The notes below the pieces were generated by a model. It worked only from the letters and a program-made list of their open reading frames with translations. It searched no databases and had not been told where the DNA came from. Shown one piece after another: positions 15,701 to 22,441 of a stretch of 22,441 nt of DNA. This DNA is from an uncultured Methanosarcinales archaeon. Its GTDB lineage: Archaea; Nanobdellota; Nanobdellia; Woesearchaeales; ARS49. Each line of letters starts with the position of its first letter. Position 1 is the first letter of the stretch. Both the position numbers and the translations under genes were made by a program. The stretch covers positions 1 through 22,441 of the forward strand of contig CAZWVL010000013.1 of assembly GCA_964637115.1 (NCBI GenBank). The letters run 5' to 3'.

Positions 15701-18700
15701 TCAGTAATCCTCAAAAGTTGACTTGTAAGACTTCAGCATGCTGCTAACTTTGGCGTTAATTAATTCAGATTCATCGCTTCCAATCACAAACTTGTCATCG
15801 TCAGTAATGATTCCAATAGGAGTGTATGCATTATTGCCCATCATTTCTTCAAAACGATCCTGTTTTTCAGGGGTAACTGTAACAACAATCCTTCCCATGC
15901 TTTCAGAATATAATGCAGAATGCGGTTGTGTCCAATCGCCAGGAAGGTTATCGATTGAAACAGACAAGCCACGCTTGCCTCCCATTGCGGTCTTGGCCAA
16001 AGCAACAGCCAACCCGCCTCTATGAACGCTTTGAGCAGACTCGATTAATTCCGTCTCAATACATTTTGCCAATGAACGATAAAGCTCATTATTCTTGACA
16101 GCATCAACCTTTGGAACGTAGCCCTTGCCGTGCTGGCCAACCATAGACAAGTACTCAGAACCGCCAAGCTCATCGTGAGTTTCACCAAGAACATAAACAA
16201 CATCGCCAGCAAGCTTTGCATCCAAAGAAACGGCTTTCTTGGAGTCATCAATAACGCCGAGAGAAGAAATAAGCACAGTAGGCGGAATGGAAATATTTAT
16301 TTTTTTGCCATCTTCATCAAAACCCTTAAAGTCATTGAACATGCTGTCCTTGCCAGAAATAAAGGGAGTATCGTAAGCAACAGCAAAATCATAACATGCC
16401 TGTGCAGCAGCTTTTAACTGGCCAAGACGCTCCTCCTCCTTTGAACTGCACCAGCAAAAGTTGTCCATCAATGCAAGATGGTCAGGATTAGCGCCTGCAG
16501 CAATAGCATTCCTGACGGCAGTATCAACAGCGCACGCAGCCATGTCGTAAGTATCCAAGTCGCTGTACAAAGGATTAATTCCCTGTGAGAGAACAACACC
16601 TTTCTTAGATTCAAGCAAAGGCCTTGTGACAGAAGCATCTCCATTCACCATGCCCCTGCCCTGCAAAGGCTTCAAATCACTGCCACCCTGCACTTCATGA
16701 TCAAACTGCCTTGAAATAAACTCATAACTTGCAATATTCTTGCGAGCAAGCATTGAAAGTAAAGACTCTGTCATATCATCAAGGGATTCCAATTCAGGTT
16801 CGCTGTATTCAGGCCTCGTGTACTTTGACGTCTGTTGATGCTTTGGCAAGCCATCGTGCAGGAATTTAAGAGAAACATCCATTATTGTTTGCGTTTCAGT
16901 TTCATTTGAATGCGTGACGGTACAATAACTGGTGTTGGTAAATGTTCCAATAGATGTTGCTTCCACATCTCTCTTGTCCATATGCGCCTTAAACTTCGCC
17001 CAATTTTCAGGAGGAACAGAAAGCAGCATACTCTCTTGGCTTTCAGAAATCCACGTCTCATAAAATCTTAATCCTGAATATTTTAGCGGTACTTTTTCAA
17101 GATGAACAATGCAACCATTTGATTCCCGGCCCATTTCTCCAACAGCGCAGGACAATCCACCAGCACCCAAATCAGTAATGCTTGTATACAAACCACGGTC
17201 TTGAGCTTCAAACAGCGCATCAAACATATTTTTCTCAGTAATCGGGTCGCCAATCTGTACAGCGCCTGCAGGAGAGCCAGAATGCAAAGCCTCGGAAGAG
17301 AAAGTTGCGCCATGAATGCCGTCTCTACCTCTTCTGCCTCCGAGAAGAACAATATGATCACCAGGCCTTGCACCTTTATCCTGAGAAGGTCTGCCTGCAA
17401 TAACTTTTGGCATTATTCCAACAGAGCGAACGAAAACCAAGGGATTGCCACGATATCTATCATCAAAACAAACACCGCCTTGGGCAGTAGGAATGCCCAT
17501 ACTGTTGCCATATTTATTCACGCCCCTGACAATGCCTTCAAGAAGCTTTCTTGGAGAAAGCATCTTAATTGTGCGCTCTTGATTCCTGTACAATGGTCTT
17601 TTATCATCGGTGTCGCCAGAGCAAAATAAGTAAGCATCCTGGAATGGTCTCGCGCCAAGACCAGTTCCAGCACTGTCCCGGATAACTCCCCCCAGGCCTG
17701 TCTCTGAACCACCATCAGGGTCAATCGATGAAGGTTTATTGTGTGTTTCAGCCTTATCTGTAATGTAATGATTCTCATCAAACTCAATAATGCCGGCATT
17801 GTCCTTGAATACAGAAACGCAGAAATTCTTTTTGCCAGACTTTTCCTTGTTTTCAATAACTTTCTTGGTTGCACGCTTTATGTAATGATCGAATAACCCG
17901 GTCTTAATGTCATCAATCGGGTCAGCAAAAATAGTATGCTTGCAATGCTCAGACCAGGTTTGAGCGATTGCTTCAAGCTCAACATCGGTAGGATTACGGC
18001 CGCGCTCCTTAAAATAATCACGCACTGACTGCATGTAATCAAGACCCATTGACAAAGGACCGCGTCTGACTTTCTCGAAAAATTTTCCGTCTTTTTCGAG
18101 AATATCTCCCAATTTAAGCTTATCATCTGCATATTCGCGCTGCTTGCGCGTATACTCTTCGGGATTAAGCTCGCGATTATAATCGAAAATGCCTGATGAG
18201 CCGATGCGCTGCAGTTCAAAATCATCATAATTCAAAAGATCAACAACATCTGCTTTTTGTTCAGCATCAAGCTTAACACGAGGCACAATTGAGCCTGCAC
18301 TGGATAAAAACTCGTAACGCGACTTAATGGTTGCGCGTTTAATGGCAGGATTATGCAGGCCATCCGCAATCTTGCTCACATCATCTGCTGAGAGCGAGCC
18401 AGAAATGAAGAAAGTCTGCGAAGTATAGACTTTTGGCTGTTCTTTGAACTTATCCTTGATTTCCTTTTCAACAGTTTCACCTTCACGGTCCTTGACACCA
18501 GGCAAGAGGCCAATCTCAACAGCCCAATCAAAAGACTTGGGAGTGATTGATTCGTAAGGCGCAAAAAGATTCAGCCCCATATATCCGGCTTCTTCGGCAA
18601 TAGGATTAATCAGCATACCTGCAACAGATTCCAGTTTCTCACGCGATAAATCAATATCAACAGTAAAATTGTCCAAACGCTTTACATCAGTTACAGGGAA

Positions 18701-18781
18701 ACCTTCCCTTTGCAGCCTTTCCAACAACGTCGCTGCATTTGCATCCCTGTGCTTAGCTCTGCGTTCGATACGGTCTGGCAT
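15701..18781 (-). CDS. purL: FGAM synthase synthetase subunit with N-terminal PurS-like region (about 1026 aa, no fused glutaminase)
   Basis: Start moved to the ATG at 18781, 1 nt after the pyrEF stop. QTWSEHCKH, DNAG, ETHN, GRDGIHGA, QIGDP, DLGAGG, QFDHEV, DNFCW, ISGKDSM. About 230 extra N-terminal residues come before the core, including a LPGVKD-type PurS-like motif. Confidence 0.95.
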   Translation of the reverse strand: MPDRIERRAKHRDANAATLLERLQREGFPVTDVKRLDNFTVDIDLSREKLESVAGMLINPIAEEAGYMGLNLFAPYESITPKSFDWAVEIGLLPGVKDREGETVEKEIKDKFKEQPKVYTSQTFFISGSLSADDVSKIADGLHNPAIKRATIKSRYEFLSSAGSIVPRVKLDAEQKADVVDLLNYDDFELQRIGSSGIFDYNRELNPEEYTRKQREYADDKLKLGDILEKDGKFFEKVRRGPLSMGLDYMQSVRDYFKERGRNPTDVELEAIAQTWSEHCKHTIFADPIDDIKTGLFDHYIKRATKKVIENKEKSGKKNFCVSVFKDNAGIIEFDENHYITDKAETHNKPSSIDPDGGSETGLGGVIRDSAGTGLGARPFQDAYLFCSGDTDDKRPLYRNQERTIKMLSPRKLLEGIVRGVNKYGNSMGIPTAQGGVCFDDRYRGNPLVFVRSVGIMPKVIAGRPSQDKGARPGDHIVLLGGRRGRDGIHGATFSSEALHSGSPAGAVQIGDPITEKNMFDALFEAQDRGLYTSITDLGAGGLSCAVGEMGRESNGCIVHLEKVPLKYSGLRFYETWISESQESMLLSVPPENWAKFKAHMDKRDVEATSIGTFTNTSYCTVTHSNETETQTIMDVSLKFLHDGLPKHQQTSKYTRPEYSEPELESLDDMTESLLSMLARKNIASYEFISRQFDHEVQGGSDLKPLQGRGMVNGDASVTRPLLESKKGVVLSQGINPLYSDLDTYDMAACAVDTAVRNAIAAGANPDHLALMDNFCWCSSKEEERLGQLKAAAQACYDFAVAYDTPFISGKDSMFNDFKGFDEDGKKINISIPPTVLISSLGVIDDSKKAVSLDAKLAGDVVYVLGETHDELGGSEYLSMVGQHGKGYVPKVDAVKNNELYRSLAKCIETELIESAQSVHRGGLAVALAKTAMGGKRGLSVSIDNLPGDWTQPHSALYSESMGRIVVTVTPEKQDRFEEMMGNNAYTPIGIITDDDKFVIGSDESELINAKVSSMLKSYKSTFEDY

Positions 18782-18782
18782 A

Positions 18783-20258
18783 TTATTTCGCTGTGATTTG
18801 GCTTGTATAGAGCTTTGCTGCTTCGTGCGGATTTTCGCTCTCGGAAATGCCGCGTCCGATAATTCCGTGGTATTTCTTGCCGGCAACCTTGGCCGCATCC
18901 CCGATTTTTCCACCTTGCGCAACAAAACCAGGAGAATATAACGTTGGTTCATCGATGCCTTCTGCCGCGATGACCTCATTTATCTTCTGAATTGCATCAA
19001 GCTTATTGCCAGGCACAACAAAGTGTGTGACACCTGCACGTGCGGCGATCCGATATATTTCAAGTGCACCTTCATCTGTGATGAATCCGCCTTCGCTCTT
19101 TGTGTAGGTTGGGTGTGTCATCCAGCCGCCAACTATCACATTTAACCCTTTGTCAAGCGCGTGATACAACCAGCCCCGCTCTGATTCGGGCCCTGAGTGC
19201 GGGAATAAAATGAAGGTGTCAAATCCCGCAGCTTTCAACTCAGTGGTCATGTCACGAGGAGTGACATCCTGAATATCATTGCCTAATTTTTGACCGTCGT
19301 AAATCAATGGCTTGTTGGTATGCTTTCGTGCAGTTTCAATCCAGCGCTCCCATCCCTTTCTTCCAGAACGTGCGGGAATCTTGTACCCGCCGATACCATC
19401 CACGTCGGCAGTTGACTTAACTATTTCTTCAAACCGCTCAAATGATACGTCGCACGCAACAATAACGCTTCGATCAGCGTCAATAATTCGCTGGTCAAGC
19501 GGTTTGTCAACGCCAAGTTCACTCTTTGCCTTCTGTGTGCCATACACGCGCAGATATTTTGGAATGCGCTCTACTGCTTTTTGGTCAACGTCATCACGTG
19601 TCTTCAGCCACGCATGTATTTCAGATGTGTTTACGATAGAAACAACCGATGTTCCTGTATCTTTTTCGTATTTATCAATTGCACTCACTCCATCATGGCC
19701 TATTTCTTGCCTGTCAACAGCGATTGCAAGAAGCGGCAATTCAAAATTGCCAAGCTCTTCAAGGTCCTTTCGCGCTTGATATTTTGCATCGCCGGCAGTA
19801 AAGACATCATCAAGCTGGGCAATCCTGTTGCCATCTTTTGGTGCACGGCCCACAACATATGCCTTTATTTTTTCAGCTTTTGAAAGACTTGACGCTTCGC
19901 CGTGTTCCTTTGTAATTTTTCTTGTAAAAAACCAGGGAATATCCTTGCCTTGCTCGCACATACCTATTGCGGTGGCGATAGCAAGCCCAACGCCTTTCTC
20001 AGGAATGCCATACAGCAAATCCACATCAATTTTACTTCCAGCACTTATTTCATTCGTATACCTGATGTGCTCTAAAATTGCAGACGCGTACGCTTTGCCT
20101 AATTTACTTGTAGTGGCACCATCGTTAAAATCTCCAATGTTAATGAAATAAGGAGACATTCTCCCGCTCTTCAATGTCCAGTCGCTTCCTATTTTCAAAG
20201 CGCCAGTTTTCAATAGAAACTGAATAAATTCTGATTTGTATGCTTCAACGTTTACCAT
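18783..20258 (-). CDS. pyrE-pyrF: Bifunctional orotate phosphoribosyltransferase / OMP decarboxylase fusion (UMP synthase-like, PyrE-PyrF order)
   Basis: 491 aa from the ATG at 20258, with SD GGAGGGTGA at 20264-20272. N-half: LKSGRMSPYFIN, RKITKEHGE, LDDVFTAG (PRPP loop). C-half: VIVACD, GYKI, IYDGQKLGNDI, MTHP, SPGFVAQGG, IIGRGI. Confidence 0.92.
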   Translation of the reverse strand: MVNVEAYKSEFIQFLLKTGALKIGSDWTLKSGRMSPYFINIGDFNDGATTSKLGKAYASAILEHIRYTNEISAGSKIDVDLLYGIPEKGVGLAIATAIGMCEQGKDIPWFFTRKITKEHGEASSLSKAEKIKAYVVGRAPKDGNRIAQLDDVFTAGDAKYQARKDLEELGNFELPLLAIAVDRQEIGHDGVSAIDKYEKDTGTSVVSIVNTSEIHAWLKTRDDVDQKAVERIPKYLRVYGTQKAKSELGVDKPLDQRIIDADRSVIVACDVSFERFEEIVKSTADVDGIGGYKIPARSGRKGWERWIETARKHTNKPLIYDGQKLGNDIQDVTPRDMTTELKAAGFDTFILFPHSGPESERGWLYHALDKGLNVIVGGWMTHPTYTKSEGGFITDEGALEIYRIAARAGVTHFVVPGNKLDAIQKINEVIAAEGIDEPTLYSPGFVAQGGKIGDAAKVAGKKYHGIIGRGISESENPHEAAKLYTSQITAK

Positions 20259-20300
20259 ATTACTCACCCTCCTTAGTATTGTAAAGGCGACAGTTCAGTA

Positions 20301-20308
20301 ATATATAA
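20301..20308 (-). promoter_or_regulatory. TATA box of the pyr/pur operon
   Basis: TTATATAT on the minus strand. The predicted start near 20278 gives a leader of about 20 nt that contains the SD. Confidence 0.55.
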
Positions 20309-20330
20309 GCAAATCTCGACAAGAATATAG

Positions 20331-20741
20331 CTATTTTAACAGTGCCTTTTTAACAGACATCAGAAACTCTTCAGGCGTTTTAATCAAAATGCCTTTGTAT
20401 TCTTTAAGAACCAACAAGTCTTTGTCGCGCGTTACAATGAAATCTGCTTTTGAAGTGAGTGCACATGAAATAATCATATCATCATTTGCGTCTCTTGCTA
20501 CGCGCCTTACGCTTGTAGGCTCAATTATGGCTGCGTATGCCAAAATTCCATTGACAACATCATCAATTTCCTGAATACTAAGCTTAAACTCTTTATCCAA
20601 AACATTCCTTACTTCACTTAGAATATAGGTGGAAGTTATGATTTCACATTTTCCTTCCAATGCGTGCTTGACAATTTCGTATGGAATTCCATTCCAGAAA
20701 ATGCTGGCTATAAGCACGTTTGTATCTGCGACAATCCGCAT
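20331..20741 (-). CDS. PIN-domain toxin (VapC-like, PIN_3/MJ1680-type)
   Basis: 136 aa. VADTNVLIAS, ILSEVRNVL, RDANDDMIISCA, IVTRDKDLL: the acidic PIN active-site residues are present. TAATG overlap with the antitoxin. Confidence 0.93.
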   Translation of the reverse strand: MRIVADTNVLIASIFWNGIPYEIVKHALEGKCEIITSTYILSEVRNVLDKEFKLSIQEIDDVVNGILAYAAIIEPTSVRRVARDANDDMIISCALTSKADFIVTRDKDLLVLKEYKGILIKTPEEFLMSVKKALLK

Positions 20742-20995
20742 TATTTGCTCCGTGCTCGCTCAATCTGTTCCTGAAGTTTTTCCTCCTTAAAACCCTTTCG
20801 CTTTGCAAACTTTGCGCCCCATCCGTGAATGCGTTCAAATAATTCCTTTTGGGACGGCATTGCCAGCTTTTTCAGCAAAATCGTGTCATCCTTGCCAACA
20901 ACGACAAAGGCCTCGCCTTCTTTCAAATCCAGCGCTTTGCGTATGTGGCGCGGTATAACTATCTGGCCCTTTGATGACATTCGTGTCAGCTCCAT
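20741..20995 (-). CDS. AbrB/MazE/SpoVT-family antitoxin
   Basis: 84 aa. TRMSSKGQIVIPRHIRKALDLKEGE swapped-hairpin signature, directly upstream of the PIN gene. Confidence 0.93.
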   Translation of the reverse strand: MELTRMSSKGQIVIPRHIRKALDLKEGEAFVVVGKDDTILLKKLAMPSQKELFERIHGWGAKFAKRKGFKEEKLQEQIERARSK

Positions 20996-21007
20996 AGTAA
21001 GAAAGTA

Positions 21008-21033
21008 AGAATATCTTATTTATAAAGATTTCT
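21008..21033. promoter_or_regulatory. Inverted repeat overlapping the TATA box of the TA operon (candidate autoregulatory operator)
   Basis: AGAATATCTT-ATTTATA-AAGATTTCT. TATA TTTATAAA at 21019-21026 ends 24 nt before the antitoxin ATG. Confidence 0.55.
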
Positions 21034-21072
21034 ATCGCAATGCTTAAAAATGCCAACCTTCTAATCAATTGA

Positions 21073-21348
21073 ATGCTTGAAAATCCAATGGTGATGTTTG
21101 CCCTGATTGGCGGCTTGGGCGGATTGCTAAGAGCTGCAGTTGGCGTAAGAAAAGCATACCTTGCAAGAAGAAAATTCATTCTAAACTATTTTCTGGTGAC
21201 GGTAATTGGTGCAATCATAATCGGAGCAATTGTCGGCAGCATAATCGGCATCAACAAGGCAGTAGCATTATTTGCAGGATATGCAGGAACAGATTTGTTA
21301 GAAGGACTTGCAAAAAGCTTCAAGCTGGCGCCGATAAGAATAGGATAG
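21073..21348 (+). CDS. Small 3-TM membrane protein (Gly-zipper-rich, holin-like topology)
   Basis: 91 aa. Three hydrophobic helices with GGLGG, GAIIIGAIVG and AGYAGTDLLEGL. TATA CTTAAAAA at 21043-21050 ends 23 nt before the ATG. Confidence 0.8.
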   Translation: MLENPMVMFALIGGLGGLLRAAVGVRKAYLARRKFILNYFLVTVIGAIIIGAIVGSIIGINKAVALFAGYAGTDLLEGLAKSFKLAPIRIG

Positions 21349-21356
21349 GGTTGTCT

Positions 21357-22130
21357 ATGAAAAGAGGTCAATTAACTGCCGTCATTTTAATTGTATTAAC
21401 TGTTGGAGTGGTTGCACTGCTCGGCTTGCAAGGCAACATGAACGCACAAGTCATCCAAGTGCCTATTGGAGCTGTGCGCTTTTATGTTTGCGAAGGCCCA
21501 TTCAGAGAGCCAGCAAGAATTGAAGCCAGATGTACCTCTTCCACGGCAGAGAAAAATATTAGAAAATTGCTGGACAACCTTCAAAACTGCAGAGAACAAC
21601 TTCCTGAAGTGCTAGACGCATTGGAAAACGCGCGCAGTTGTTTAATAGAAATAGCGGATGATGTTCCCACCTATTCGGGAACCGAGTGTGCGAGAAGCGA
21701 GCCATTAGAACCAGATGAAAGTAGTCGGCTGCCGGAGGATGCAAGCATCTATGATTCCTGTTTCTACCAAGTCACACAGTACTGCCAGCAAGTAGCACGA
21801 ATATGGGATCAAGTCAATAAAAGAGTAAGGTACGTAACTGACCATTGCATGTGGCCAGAGGCGCGCGCAGCTGAAATCGCGAGAGACTGGTTTATTAATC
21901 CTCATCTCACAAAAGACCTGCCTGGCTGGGGTCAAAAAGGGTCGGGACAATACACGTACACCCTTGGAACCTGCAGGCGCGCGCTAGGAGCAGAGAATCC
22001 ATGTATGATGGGAGGCCGTCTTTTAGAACCAGCGCAACTTGATAAAAAAAAGCAGATACTGCCGCCCAAGATAATATTGCCAACCCAGATAATACTGCCA
22101 AAAAAACTAATTATTCAGAAAATTGGATGA
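21357..22130 (+). CDS. Secreted Cys-rich protein with class III (type IV pilin-like) signal peptide
   Basis: MKRGQ|LTAVILIVLTVGVVALLGL (K/R-G-Q followed by a hydrophobic helix). 10 Cys. C-terminal (x)IILP repeats. An upstream TTG at 21351 is an alternative start. Confidence 0.75.
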   Translation: MKRGQLTAVILIVLTVGVVALLGLQGNMNAQVIQVPIGAVRFYVCEGPFREPARIEARCTSSTAEKNIRKLLDNLQNCREQLPEVLDALENARSCLIEIADDVPTYSGTECARSEPLEPDESSRLPEDASIYDSCFYQVTQYCQQVARIWDQVNKRVRYVTDHCMWPEARAAEIARDWFINPHLTKDLPGWGQKGSGQYTYTLGTCRRALGAENPCMMGGRLLEPAQLDKKKQILPPKIILPTQIILPKKLIIQKIG

Positions 22131-22185
22131 ATTCCTGCATACCTTTATAAAGGGCGCTTCTTTAGTATATTAAGGTGGGTGCAAA

Positions 22186-22323
22186 ATGACATTACTTTAC
22201 AAAACAAAGTGCCGCGTGTGTGACCAGTTTAAATTCTTGAAAGCAAGCTGGGGTGCATGCCTCAGGTGCCACGAAAAACGAGTAGGCAAGTACGCAGGAC
22301 CAGACAGGAAGAACTACTTGTAG
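22186..22323 (+). CDS. 45-aa CxxC...CxxC zinc-binding microprotein
   Basis: Translated by hand: MTLLYKTKCRVCDQFKFLKASWGACLRCHEKRVGKYAGPDRKNYL. TATA TTTATAAA at 22144-22151 and SD-like AGGTGGGTG before the ATG. Not in the ORF track. Confidence 0.65.
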   Translation: MTLLYKTKCRVCDQFKFLKASWGACLRCHEKRVGKYAGPDRKNYL

Positions 22324-22333
22324 TCAAGTTCTT

Positions 22334-22377
22334 TTGAGTCAACACTTTAAGAGATAATCTATATATGTTTGAGTCAA
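22334..22377. promoter_or_regulatory. Two TTGAGTCAA palindromic boxes flanking the TATA box of the HAD gene
   Basis: TTGA-G-TCAA at 22334-22342 and 22369-22377. TATATATG at 22360-22367 lies between them and ends 23 nt before the ATG at 22390. Confidence 0.55.
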
Positions 22378-22389
22378 TTACTTCTATTA

Positions 22390-22441
22390 ATGATAAAAGC
22401 GGTATTATTTGATTTAGACAACACACTCATAGACTTCATGA
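22390..22441 (+). CDS. HAD-superfamily hydrolase (5' fragment, runs off the window)
   Basis: MIKAVLFDLDNTLIDFM contains HAD motif I (DxDxT). Confidence 0.85.
   Translation, partial: MIKAVLFDLDNTLIDFM

Noticed and set aside
18782-18979. 66-aa N-terminal extension of PurL in the ORF track
   Set aside because: It overlaps the pyrEF coding end. An ATG lies 1 nt after the pyrEF stop, the same spacing as purL-purQ.
20259-20330. Riboswitch or PyrR/PurR-type attenuator ahead of the pyr/pur operon
   Set aside because: The predicted leader is only about 20 nt, with no stem-loop or recognisable operator.

Overview
Archaeal genomic segment, most likely from a DPANN/Woesearchaeota-like lineage. This is inferred from TATA/BRE promoters, an ATP-dependent DNA ligase, an archaeal-type IleRS, class III signal peptides and many ORFans. 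From left to right it holds: (1) the 5' part of a secreted Thr/Pro/Ser-repeat surface protein on the minus strand, which the ORF track missed (the track shows only its antisense shadow); (2) ileS; (3) several ORFans, including an unannotated 49-aa 8-Cys microprotein, and a GNAT acetyltransferase; (4) a coupled membrane protein / DUF483-like Cys protein / DNA ligase unit, followed by a VRR-NUC nuclease with a PIP-box-like N-terminus; (5) small membrane or lipoprotein ORFans; (6) an 8.4-kb tightly coupled mixed pyrimidine/purine operon, pyrE-pyrF fusion, purL (PurS-fused type), purQ, purM, purN, pyrD; (7) an AbrB/PIN toxin-antitoxin pair directly upstream of that operon; (8) a 3-TM small membrane protein, a Cys-rich pilin-signal protein, a 45-aa CxxC-CxxC microprotein and the start of a HAD hydrolase. 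No tRNA, rRNA, CRISPR array, integrase or transposase was seen. All family calls come from motif recognition by eye, not from database searches.
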